This document shows positions 35,966-44,870 of a stretch of 55,042 bases of DNA, piece by piece; position 1 is the first letter of the stretch, and each line of letters opens with the position of its first letter. This stretch comes from a virus (lineage: Duplodnaviria > Caudoviricetes). The notes beneath the pieces are model-generated. The model was given only the letters and a program-made list of their open reading frames with translations, searched no databases and was not told where the DNA came from. The position numbers and the translations under genes were made by a program. The stretch is taken from IMG/VR virus record IMGVR_UViG_3300044491_000241, positions 1-55,042 of that record, one strand, 5' to 3'.

Positions 35966-38900
35966 ATGAGCACATATCAAGAGCTACAAGAGCAAATTAC
36001 AAAACGCAGAGAAGAACTTGCGGCTCAGAATCCTGAGGTAGAACAGCGGGAAGAAGAACCAGAACAAGAGGGAATGACCCTCATTGAAACTCTGTCTACT
36101 GACCAAAACTTTAAAACAATAAACAGTTACATGTCTGATAGATTTGGTATGGAGGAAGACAAGTATTCTAAAAGAGAAATTATTGACTCTTACATAAATC
36201 AAATGAGGGGGTTTAACGCTGGTCAGTCTGTCATAACAGTATCTGAGTTAGCACATTTAAACTCTGGGGAAGGGGATAAGCTGGCAAGTAGAAGAAGAAC
36301 AGCTGCAGAAGCTTACGAACTCTTCGACAGTCTTGGTGGTGCTTTCAGTGAGGGTAGAACCTTCGGGGAAAAAGCTGATGCTGTAAAGGACTACGCCAGA
36401 GCACTTCTGATAGACCCCCTTAACTTAGTAACCCTTGGTGTTGGTAAAATTTTTACTCAGGCTGCTGCAAAAACAGCTACCCAAGGTGTTAAAATGTTAG
36501 CCTTTAGGGCAGGTAGGCAAGCTGCCTATCAGGCTTTGAAGAAAGGTTCCTCGAAGAAAGCTGCGGAACAGATCCAAAGAGAGGCAACACAAAAAGCTTT
36601 TCAAGAGGCACTAAAAAGATCTAAAACAAAAGCTATATTAAACAAGGCAGACAAGAAGGGTATCTACGCTAGTCTTGGTTTTGACATGGCAGCAGCAGGT
36701 GGGATAGATGCTCTGCAACAAAAGGCTGAAGTAACGTCTGGCTTTAAAGAAGAGATAGACTGGTTTCAAACTGGTATATCTACAGCCACTGGTGCTTTGG
36801 GGGGAGGACTTCAGCTAGGCTTGGTAGCAATAAAAAATAAAAAGAATATACCCCTTGCCTCTATCCAACTTCATAGGTCAAGGCTGATTCAAGAAGCTAC
36901 AGATGAGTCTATAAAGTCCCTTAGTAAAGAACAAAGAAAAGAAGTTCTTGCTAGTGAGAACGTAACTGAGGCTTTGTTGGAACTAAAGAAGAAGACTCAG
37001 TCTTGGGCGACTAAGGTAGCAGAAGGTAAAAAACTTTTAAAGGTTGGAGATAATCCTAAGTCTTCCATAGACTACGACACTGAGTTTGCTCAAATGTTTT
37101 TTATAGGAAATAAAACTGCACAGCTAGAAGATGGAGCGGTCTCAGGGTTCAAAGGACTTGTAAGTATTATAGGTGAAGCAGGGTACAAACAATCAAATGA
37201 TATGAACTTTACTGATTTTATGGGTGAAGCTTTTGGAGATCTATCAGAAGAAAATAGAAAGATTGTTGTAGACGCTTACGAAGTTTTAAGAGAAACCTCA
37301 GATCAACTAAAGCCTTTTAATTTTGAAGAGTTTATAAAAATAGATGCAGCCTCTGTTTCTGAAGCTGCAAGAATTATGCAGGTTAAATCACAAGCACAGC
37401 AAATGTTTAACAAAATTGGGTTAAGCGCAACTGAGACAGATGCCGCTACAGTAGCAAAAGTTTTGCTTGATCCTGCAGATGAAGAAACAGTGAAGGGTAT
37501 CTTTAGTAAGTTTAGACCTTTACAAGATAATTTAATAAGAAGCATTGTAACCCATCCAGGTACAACGGCTCTCAACTTAGTAGGTTGGCAAGCCGCAACA
37601 GTAAATCAAAGTCTGTCTGATCTGGTGCGTTCTGCATTGTACAGTGGGGCTGCCGCTGGAAGCTTAATAACATTCAACAAAACTAACGCTACTAAATACT
37701 TTAAAATGAGCAGACAAATGATGGACCTTCAGAGGCAGAAGGTCAGGAATATGGTTGATCCTTACGGAACTAAGGACTCAGTCATGGATTATTTGGCAGT
37801 AAGGCCTGAAGCACAAAAAGAAATGTTTAGGTACATCAATGGTGGCGTAGAGATAAAAGGTATCCTTGATGAGTTCGAGTTGAATCCTAATGCAGTTCCA
37901 AACAAAACAAATTTTCAAAAGTACAATGAGTTCTTTGAGACTTTGTACGCAGTGAAAGCTCAAGATTTTATTACAAAGACACAAGAGTTTTCTTATGCTT
38001 TAGATAAACAGATGAGACTAAAATATGATAAGACTTTATCTGAATTCTTAAATGATCCTGAGTTAGTACAGTACTTATCTGAACCAGGTACAAAAAGATT
38101 TAAAGAGTTTGCTGAAATCGAGGCAGCTGCAGTTGAGGATGCCTTGCGTAACACCTTCTCAAAGAAGTTTGGCGACAACAAATCGTTTGTAGGCCAGGCT
38201 GCTGGAATGATTGAAGGGCTAAGGACCATCCCTGGTGTTGGTGCTCTTGCTCCTTTCGGTCAATTCTGGAACAATAGTGTAGCGTTTATGCTTGATCACT
38301 CTGGTATAAGTCTTATTAATAAGTACACTGTAAAAGCAGGAGGTGCCAGAGCAGTAAGTCGAGACTCTATGGATCTCCTGACTAAGTCTGCTGTTGGTTG
38401 GGGTGCTGTAGGTATAGGGGTTTACAAACAATTAGACAACCTTGAACAAGGTTTGGCCTGGTACGAAGACAGAGATGACTTCGGCGCTGTTAGAAGTTCT
38501 TTGTATGACTACCCAAGAAACGTACCAATGCTGGTTGGTCGTATGGGGGCACACCTTGTTAGGGACGGTAAGATTCCATCGGATTTACTTGTTGCTTTTG
38601 GGGACAACTTCGGAACTCGTGCTTTAACTAGGGATCTTGGTGATGCTTACGGCGCTGTAACTGAAGGCTTTGTAATGGCTGCAAATGCAGACGATGTTGA
38701 AGTCCTTGAAGTTATTAAACAAATGTTTGGATCTATGGTTTCTCAGTACGCATCTGGATTTACAAGAAGGTTCGAACCAGTAAATCAAATAATGGCTATG
38801 AAAAGAGGAGAGGACTACGAGTCCGTAGATAAAAAACAAGGCGCTCAATGGGTTAATGACTCAACAAGATATGTCGATCAAATCTTTGAGGCTATAACTG

Positions 38901-39472
38901 GCATGCAGCCAACAGAACTTATTACTGACAGACCCCAAGAAAAAACTAACGCTCTATCTAACGAACCTCTTCCTGTTCCTATTGGAAAGATAACTGGGTA
39001 CAGGGAAATCTTACCTTCCTCTACAATTGAAAAGTTGTTTAATGATATTGGAAGATCCAAATGGAAGACTGAAATTAGAAGTAAATCTCCTGAGGCCGCT
39101 AATACTTTTAATGATTTTGTAAGGCCGCAGATAGAAATGCTTGCTGAGATTGTTATGTATAACGGGGAGTGGGATGGTAAGAGCCTTGAAGACAAAGAAA
39201 AAATAGTAGCTACTATTCTTAAAGTAGCTAAAGGAAATGCTATGGATAGTTTAGAACTGTCTATTGATCCTGTCGAAAGAAAAACAAAACTTATCTTTGA
39301 CGTTAAAAAAATAACCACTAAAAAGAACTTAGGTAAAGTTCTTAAATACTTTGACATTAAAGAGGAAGAGATGTGGAAGCTTGACGTGAACGAGCTTCTT
39401 ATTGTCGAAGACTTCTTAAAGTCTATGAAAGAAGATGATGCTGGCCTCAGTAAAAGGCTGGGCATTGAATAA
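35966..39472 (+). CDS. Large internal virion/ejection protein
   Basis: 1168-aa helical protein, last late gene; DPLN...G and hydrophobic Gly/Ala segments. Confidence 0.65.
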   Translation: MSTYQELQEQITKRREELAAQNPEVEQREEEPEQEGMTLIETLSTDQNFKTINSYMSDRFGMEEDKYSKREIIDSYINQMRGFNAGQSVITVSELAHLNSGEGDKLASRRRTAAEAYELFDSLGGAFSEGRTFGEKADAVKDYARALLIDPLNLVTLGVGKIFTQAAAKTATQGVKMLAFRAGRQAAYQALKKGSSKKAAEQIQREATQKAFQEALKRSKTKAILNKADKKGIYASLGFDMAAAGGIDALQQKAEVTSGFKEEIDWFQTGISTATGALGGGLQLGLVAIKNKKNIPLASIQLHRSRLIQEATDESIKSLSKEQRKEVLASENVTEALLELKKKTQSWATKVAEGKKLLKVGDNPKSSIDYDTEFAQMFFIGNKTAQLEDGAVSGFKGLVSIIGEAGYKQSNDMNFTDFMGEAFGDLSEENRKIVVDAYEVLRETSDQLKPFNFEEFIKIDAASVSEAARIMQVKSQAQQMFNKIGLSATETDAATVAKVLLDPADEETVKGIFSKFRPLQDNLIRSIVTHPGTTALNLVGWQAATVNQSLSDLVRSALYSGAAAGSLITFNKTNATKYFKMSRQMMDLQRQKVRNMVDPYGTKDSVMDYLAVRPEAQKEMFRYINGGVEIKGILDEFELNPNAVPNKTNFQKYNEFFETLYAVKAQDFITKTQEFSYALDKQMRLKYDKTLSEFLNDPELVQYLSEPGTKRFKEFAEIEAAAVEDALRNTFSKKFGDNKSFVGQAAGMIEGLRTIPGVGALAPFGQFWNNSVAFMLDHSGISLINKYTVKAGGARAVSRDSMDLLTKSAVGWGAVGIGVYKQLDNLEQGLAWYEDRDDFGAVRSSLYDYPRNVPMLVGRMGAHLVRDGKIPSDLLVAFGDNFGTRALTRDLGDAYGAVTEGFVMAANADDVEVLEVIKQMFGSMVSQYASGFTRRFEPVNQIMAMKRGEDYESVDKKQGAQWVNDSTRYVDQIFEAITGMQPTELITDRPQEKTNALSNEPLPVPIGKITGYREILPSSTIEKLFNDIGRSKWKTEIRSKSPEAANTFNDFVRPQIEMLAEIVMYNGEWDGKSLEDKEKIVATILKVAKGNAMDSLELSIDPVERKTKLIFDVKKITTKKNLGKVLKYFDIKEEEMWKLDVNELLIVEDFLKSMKEDDAGLSKRLGIE

Positions 39473-39503
39473 AAAAAACCCCCAGGTACAAGCTGGGGGT
39501 TTA
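39471..39503. terminator. Bidirectional intrinsic terminator
   Basis: A8-CCCCCAG-loop-CTGGGGG-TTT between the two convergent genome halves. Confidence 0.85.
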
Positions 39504-39505
39504 GT

Positions 39506-39751
39506 TCATGACGATTTATCTTTTTGTTTTTTGTAATCTAGCATTAGGCATGAATAACAAAATGCTTGATTAACGATCTCGTCTGATCGTCCATGTACCC
39601 CAGAGGCTAGGAGACCTGAAAGGGCTGCTCCTGCGAAGTAATCTCTGGAAGGTATCTCTCCACTTATTATTGGTTTCTGTGTGAACTCTTGAGCTTCTTG
39701 CTCAAGGGTTTTCTTTTTTATGCTACTTCCGTTAGTCTCTTTAGATACCAC
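39506..39751 (-). CDS. Hypothetical protein
   Basis: RDYFAG.ALSGLLA motif common in phage proteins. Confidence 0.7.
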   Translation of the reverse strand: MVSKETNGSSIKKKTLEQEAQEFTQKPIISGEIPSRDYFAGAALSGLLASGVHGRSDEIVNQAFCYSCLMLDYKKQKDKSS

Positions 39752-39993
39752 TGGGCTTTCTCCAAGTCTTGAGTTCCATTCTTATACCGCCATCTGTGCA
39801 TGTACTTTGCAATGTTCCCTCGAAGATAGCCAATAAATTCTTCTCTTGTTAGGAAGTCTTTGATGTAGTCAATACACTCAATATCCCCCTGACCATAGTG
39901 ACTAGGTCTTTCTACTGCGTCAAACAAATTATCACACTCCCCACATACACCGTTATCATCTAGTAAGTTAGCACAAACACTACAGTAAATCAT
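39718..39993 (-). CDS. DUF3310 family protein
   Basis: V..PSHY..G.IECID...GN..KY..R...KNG..DL.KA.WYL. Confidence 0.88.
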   Translation of the reverse strand: MIYCSVCANLLDDNGVCGECDNLFDAVERPSHYGQGDIECIDYIKDFLTREEFIGYLRGNIAKYMHRWRYKNGTQDLEKAQWYLKRLTEVA

Positions 39994-40472
39994 ACGTCCA
40001 CCACATGTGAGGCGTGTTCTTTAACGTAGTCTAAAGGAAGGATCGTAATTAGGTCACCCCTTCCTGGCCTAGACAGCAAACCAAACTCACCCTTAAAATA
40101 TTCAGTACACTTCTTTCTGAGGTCATCTATGATGTTAGATGGATTAACCAAGTAAAAAGATTTCTCTGAACGGACAGCAACAAACCTGTCTATACCGTTG
40201 GGTACACCCCAACCTTCTGTGGGCTTCCAGGCTGGGGGTCTTTTTACTGTACGTAATTCCCACCAAATAGTATAGTCTACTGGTCCCTTTCTTTCAAAAC
40301 GCTTGGCTGCTTTGACATCAACCTTGCCAAACTCAGAGTCAAGAACATCCCAATGTTCAAATATGTCTTCTTCTCTAGTAGCCGACCGTACAAATTTATC
40401 TCCCCGTAGGTTAATAAACTCTTTCTCTGCTGCGGTTCCTTCTCTAATAGAAGAAGCATTTCTTTTTTTCAT
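39990..40472 (-). CDS. PD-(D/E)xK-like nuclease (putative)
   Basis: G...E..F...D..EHWD.....VDVK...W.E pattern. Confidence 0.55.
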   Translation of the reverse strand: MKKRNASSIREGTAAEKEFINLRGDKFVRSATREEDIFEHWDVLDSEFGKVDVKAAKRFERKGPVDYTIWWELRTVKRPPAWKPTEGWGVPNGIDRFVAVRSEKSFYLVNPSNIIDDLRKKCTEYFKGEFGLLSRPGRGDLITILPLDYVKEHASHVVDV

Positions 40473-40657
40473 TTGTCTTGATCCCTATACTTTAGTTCGT
40501 GGATAAGTTTAGTCTGCTCGTAGCTAGACAGTAGCATCCAATCCCGTATCTCGTCAAGTGTCCTTTTACACCCCACGCAATAACCTTTCTCTATGCGGCA
40601 GGTTTTTACGCAGGGTGATGGTACAGTACCTAGTTTTTTTCTACGTTGTCTACTCAC
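40469..40657 (-). CDS. DUF1289 family Cys-cluster protein
   Basis: SPC...C.....C.GC.RT..EI..W. Confidence 0.85.
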   Translation of the reverse strand: MSRQRRKKLGTVPSPCVKTCRIEKGYCVGCKRTLDEIRDWMLLSSYEQTKLIHELKYRDQDK

Positions 40658-42407
40658 ACTGGCGAAGACCAGTGGCTACATCAAAGTAACAAGCACCGCC
40701 TTCGTCTACGAAGTCCTGTGTTTCTTCAACCACTTGCTCTTCAACTACTTCTTCAGAAGCAGATGCGTTCAAGATACCATATCGTTTACCTGCTGATCTG
40801 AATGTTGTGCAACCAGAGGAGCCACCATCGTAAGCATCCATGTAAACTTTCTTGAAGTCTTCCCAAGATACATCTTCGCCAACGTTACAGGTCTTTGAAC
40901 AAGCAGAGTCAACAAAACGTGAGGCAACATTAAGAACTTTAACGTGATCAAACACTGACAGTTCGTCTGCAGTCTGACCCTTCACGCCAAACACTCTGTA
41001 GCCGTAGTCTTCTACTCGTTCAACCTTAGGTCCGTCAAAGGTTTGGATAGTTCTGTCATAGAAGTGAGAGAAGACTGGTTCAATACCTGAGGATACGTTG
41101 TCTGCTGATAGGCTGATAGTTCCTGTTGGAGCAACAGAAAGCAAGTGACTGTTACGAATACCATGCGTACTAATGATTTCTCTAATGTCATCAGGCAAAG
41201 ACTTAGCAAAATCAGATTCTAAGTAAGCCTGAGTAAAGAGAGGAAATGGTCCCTTCTCTATAGCCAACTCAACAGATGTTTTATATGAGACATCCCTAAT
41301 AACCCCCATGATTTCTTCAAGGGTCTGCAGGAATCTATTACTACCATACGAGAACCCCAATGCTTCTACAGCATTCGCCACCCCTGTTACCCCTAGGCCC
41401 ATACGCCTTTTACTCTTAGCTTCTATCTCTTGTTCCTTTAGAGGATAGGTTGCTCTATCCACGACATTATCCATAGCTCTAACGACATGAGGTATGTCAT
41501 TACGAAGTTGGTTCATGTTGAATGTGTACTTACCGTCATGCTCAATTACGTACTTAGCTAAGTTAAATGAACCAAGTAGACATGCCCCGTTAGGTGGCAG
41601 TGGTTGCTCACCACATGGGTTGGTGGCAGCAATCTTCTCGCAGTAGTGAAGGTTATTTTTCTTATTGATACGGTCAATGAAGAGGATACCAGGCTCTGCC
41701 CAGTCCCACGTAGACCTTAAGATCTGATCCCATAATGCAGTAGCACTTACTGTTTTGTAGACACGCCCTTGAAAGGTGAGGTCAAAGTCTTTGTCTTCTT
41801 TTACTGCAGTCATAAACTCGTCTGTCACACCCACAGATATGTTGAACTGTGTTAGTGTATCACTGTTATTCTTTGCTGTAATAAACTCTTCAATGTCAGG
41901 GTGATCCACCCTTAGCACACCCATTTGTGCTCCACGTCTGTGCCCTGCAGAAGCAATAGTCCTGCAGACAGAATCGAAAATACCCATGAAGGACAAAGGC
42001 CCAGAGGATTTAGAATCAAGGGACTTAATCAATGTTCCTCTTGGACGTAGTGTGCTGAAGTCGTAGCCGATACCACCACCTAGTCTCATAGTTTCTGCTG
42101 CACGTCTTGCAGCCTCCATGATACCGTCCATGCTGTCTTCAATCGTCATAGACACGAAGCAGTTGTACGGTGTCACACGTCTGGGCGCACCCATAGCTGA
42201 CTGAACACGTCCTGCTGGCAAGAACCTTTGGTTGTACAAGATGTTTCTAAAATTATTGAAGTGACCTTCATTATCTTTGAGTGCTTCAGCAACACGAGTC
42301 ATAGCTTCTTTAAATGATTCGCCCTTGCTGCGATACTTCATAGCATGAATATCTTCTGAGACTGGTAGTGTTGGGCCGTACTCTGGTTCTGTATTAGGTA
42401 TGTTCAT
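40650..42407 (-). CDS. nrdJ: Class II (adenosylcobalamin-dependent) ribonucleotide reductase
   Basis: PAGR...NCFV, RRGAQM, TNPCGEQ.LP..GACLLGS.NL, APTGTIS; no beta subunit gene in the genome. Confidence 0.9.
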   Translation of the reverse strand: MNIPNTEPEYGPTLPVSEDIHAMKYRSKGESFKEAMTRVAEALKDNEGHFNNFRNILYNQRFLPAGRVQSAMGAPRRVTPYNCFVSMTIEDSMDGIMEAARRAAETMRLGGGIGYDFSTLRPRGTLIKSLDSKSSGPLSFMGIFDSVCRTIASAGHRRGAQMGVLRVDHPDIEEFITAKNNSDTLTQFNISVGVTDEFMTAVKEDKDFDLTFQGRVYKTVSATALWDQILRSTWDWAEPGILFIDRINKKNNLHYCEKIAATNPCGEQPLPPNGACLLGSFNLAKYVIEHDGKYTFNMNQLRNDIPHVVRAMDNVVDRATYPLKEQEIEAKSKRRMGLGVTGVANAVEALGFSYGSNRFLQTLEEIMGVIRDVSYKTSVELAIEKGPFPLFTQAYLESDFAKSLPDDIREIISTHGIRNSHLLSVAPTGTISLSADNVSSGIEPVFSHFYDRTIQTFDGPKVERVEDYGYRVFGVKGQTADELSVFDHVKVLNVASRFVDSACSKTCNVGEDVSWEDFKKVYMDAYDGGSSGCTTFRSAGKRYGILNASASEEVVEEQVVEETQDFVDEGGACYFDVATGLRQCE

Positions 42408-42784
42408 CTGTTATCTCCCGATCCTTTTAATGTTCCACGTTTCTGTCTGTCGTCTAGCTTGGCAATGTTTAAATCAACTACTTCTTGTAGTCCACCTCCA
42501 TAAATATTTGCTAGGGCAGTAGCATAAAACACTACATCTCCTAGCTCCTTTAGAATCTCTTCGTTAGAAAACCTACTCTTGTCTCTGATAAGCTTCTTAA
42601 TCTTTTCTGCTACTTCTCCAGCTTCCCCGACAAGACCTAGAGTATTCTCAACCAGTCTGTCTTGCCCTTCAGTCATTATCTTTTCTTCTACCCAATCTGA
42701 ATAACTGTCTGCCCATTTACCCTTACTTGGTTTATCAAAATTATCGTAGTAGCCAAAGGCTTCTAGGTCTTCCGCACTTATCAT
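42404..42784 (-). CDS. mazG: MazG-like nucleotide pyrophosphohydrolase
   Basis: LGL.GEAGEVAEK.KK...KELGDV.FY...N..KL..R..RG...GSGDNR. Confidence 0.88.
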   Translation of the reverse strand: MISAEDLEAFGYYDNFDKPSKGKWADSYSDWVEEKIMTEGQDRLVENTLGLVGEAGEVAEKIKKLIRDKSRFSNEEILKELGDVVFYATALANIYGGGLQEVVDLNIAKLDDRQKRGTLKGSGDNR

Positions 42785-42936
42785 TTTTCTTTTACCTCTA
42801 TTTCTTTTAGTTCTAACTCGTCAATATCATATATGGTATCTTGAAGAAGATCTTCAAGACTTGTCTTAACACTATCTGAAGCAATGAAGTTTGCCTCAAG
42901 GTCTAGATCTATTAGCATTGTCACTTCAAACAACAC
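42781..42936 (-). CDS. Small acidic hypothetical protein (51 aa)
   Basis: Manually translated; GGAGG RBS, GTG start, stop overlaps the mazG start. Confidence 0.6.
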   Translation of the reverse strand: MLFEVTMLIDLDLEANFIASDSVKTSLEDLLQDTIYDIDELELKEIEVKEK

Positions 42937-42948
42937 AGGAACCTCCAA

Positions 42949-42976
42949 GTTATATAAACAATTTTAAATCCGTCAA
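42949..42976 (-). promoter_or_regulatory. Sigma70-like promoter
   Basis: TTGACG-N16-TATAAC on the minus strand. Confidence 0.65.
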
Positions 42977-42979
42977 CAA

Positions 42980-43372
42980 CTATTCTTCTAACCAAGCATC
43001 TGGAATTGATTTATCAGCATACTTAAAACCGTACTTGTCACACCAGTCTGCGTAAGAAGACTTGGCACCCTTGTAAAGCTTTGATCTGCTGTTATAAAAT
43101 ACGAATCGGATATCAAGATCAGGAAACTGCTTCTTGATTTCTTTATGTTTGCGTCTGTCATTTGAAATAAACCGTCCCTTGGTCTCGATTATGATACCGT
43201 TACCAAGAACAAAGTCAGGTGTGTACGTTCTTACTTTTAAATCAACCCACTTAATCTTTTCTTTTTCGTAGGTAAACTTAATACCTTTAGACTGTAGCTC
43301 TTTTGCAACATCATCCTCAAAGCCTGAACGATAACCTGCTTTAAGTGCTGATGCTCTGAATCTCTTGTTCAT
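42980..43372 (-). CDS. Endonuclease I (T7 gp3-like Holliday junction resolvase)
   Basis: YRSGFE, YTPDF.L.NGIIIETKGRF...DR.KH, LDIRFVF, YADWC.K.GF. Confidence 0.92.
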   Translation of the reverse strand: MNKRFRASALKAGYRSGFEDDVAKELQSKGIKFTYEKEKIKWVDLKVRTYTPDFVLGNGIIIETKGRFISNDRRKHKEIKKQFPDLDIRFVFYNSRSKLYKGAKSSYADWCDKYGFKYADKSIPDAWLEE

Positions 43373-44225
43373 TGTAGGTAAGATCCTCTGGTACATTTGG
43401 TTTCTTTACCACATCTACCAAAAGAACGTCACCATTACCGTAGACAAATCTTCTGGCTTCAGGCCAGCACTTCTTATTAAACTCACAGAAGCCGCAGGAA
43501 GGGTGTAGTTTTTTATTGGGGCTTGTCTTTGATTGAGGTACAGGTTCAAAGCCTCTGTCTGGGATACCTCCTTTAACCATTGACTTAACGTTCTCTACTT
43601 CCTTTTCCTTCTGCTCTAGCTCAGGAGTAAAATCGTAGACATCAAGACAGATGGACCCACTTACTTTACATACAACAAGGAAAGCTCCATGTGTTTTGTT
43701 TGTTACGAGAGGATCATCCTTGGCTGCGTACACGTAAGAACTTAGTTGACTGATATAACCAAAGGGATCTTCATCTCTTAAGTTACCTTCAGTAAACTTT
43801 TTAAAGGAGTAAGGAGAAGCAGACTTAACATCTACTGTCATACCATCAATCACTGCATCTCTGTGACCAGATAGACTGTTGATACGCATACGATCTTGCT
43901 GACCTGTCACGCTGTGGCCTGATGCCTGGACAATAGCAAGCACTAGCTCTTCGATCATGTCTCCATAAAAGAACTTTAAAAGGTCTGATGGAGCAAGAGG
44001 CTTTGCTGTATTAGTCTCGTTGATTTTGTACCACAGTTTTCTTTTACAAGGACTGCCTATAGAAGAGAAGGATAAGTACCCTCTTGGTTTCTGTGGTTCT
44101 TTAAATCTAGAAGAGGCTGCTCTACCAATACGTTCAGCCATCTCAAGGCTTATCATACGATCCCAGCCCTTGAGACCAAGGATGGTATCTTCCATATCTT
44201 TAACAAGTGTGTTGATGTCAGCCAT
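43341..44225 (-). CDS. PD-(D/E)xK (Cas4-like) exonuclease
   Basis: S.IG.PC.RKLWY, GH.DA.IDG..VDVKSAS, Y..QL..Y, C.FC.F...CW. Confidence 0.8.
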   Translation of the reverse strand: MADINTLVKDMEDTILGLKGWDRMISLEMAERIGRAASSRFKEPQKPRGYLSFSSIGSPCKRKLWYKINETNTAKPLAPSDLLKFFYGDMIEELVLAIVQASGHSVTGQQDRMRINSLSGHRDAVIDGMTVDVKSASPYSFKKFTEGNLRDEDPFGYISQLSSYVYAAKDDPLVTNKTHGAFLVVCKVSGSICLDVYDFTPELEQKEKEVENVKSMVKGGIPDRGFEPVPQSKTSPNKKLHPSCGFCEFNKKCWPEARRFVYGNGDVLLVDVVKKPNVPEDLTYNEQEIQSIST

Positions 44226-44302
44226 GTTCTATCCTTTTTTTGGTTGTACCCCCACCCAGTTAAGGGTGAGGGCTGTCTTCTAGGGAAAGGGAACAGGGAA
44301 AC

Positions 44303-44815
44303 CTAGAAGGGGATCGAGTCCTCTGGTTCTTGTGTGGGAGTAGAATCCCCAGCAGAACTCGAATGGTCTGTAAACATTGGGGGCTGGGAGGAACCACCTT
44401 CTGATTCATAGACCACATGATTTAGGACTTGTAGTCCTAACAAACGTGAACCTTTACGTGCACCTGCATCGTACAGTTCAAACTTTACAATACCTTCACT
44501 GCCATTGCCGATAAAACCTTTGTCCTCAAGATTCCAAGTCTTACCTGTAATGTCAGCAACAACAGGCTGACCACCCTGCCAGTCGTACCGTCCTTTGTGT
44601 GGGCGATCCAGAGTGACAGCCCAACCACCATCTGTTTCTTTGAATGTTTTACCTAAGCCTTCTTTCTTCATAGACTTCATGGTAGCTTCGTCAGTGACGA
44701 CTGTAACTTTGTACATACCATCAGTCTCTGTGTGAAAGTCTGCACGATCCCGATTGACCTCAAACACTTTGGCCCATTCAATCTTACCTTTAATCTCGTG
44801 TTGTGTTGATGGCAT
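44303..44815 (-). CDS. Single-stranded DNA-binding protein (T7 gp2.5-like)
   Basis: IGNGS motif; acidic tail ending IPF; next to the polymerase. Confidence 0.75.
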   Translation of the reverse strand: MPSTQHEIKGKIEWAKVFEVNRDRADFHTETDGMYKVTVVTDEATMKSMKKEGLGKTFKETDGGWAVTLDRPHKGRYDWQGGQPVVADITGKTWNLEDKGFIGNGSEGIVKFELYDAGARKGSRLLGLQVLNHVVYESEGGSSQPPMFTDHSSSAGDSTPTQEPEDSIPF

Positions 44816-44841
44816 CTTGCCCTCCTTTTTTTGATATTGAA

Positions 44842-44870
44842 CACTTAGTCTTTCTACCAGAGTATGTCAA
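44842..44870 (-). promoter_or_regulatory. Sigma70-like promoter for ssb
   Basis: TTGACA-N17-TAAGTG on the minus strand, followed by a GGAGG RBS. Confidence 0.55.

Noticed and set aside
38878-39465. 195-aa antisense ORF and similar minus-strand ORFs in the late region
   Set aside because: They are fully nested opposite long, well-supported genes and have no recognisable motifs.
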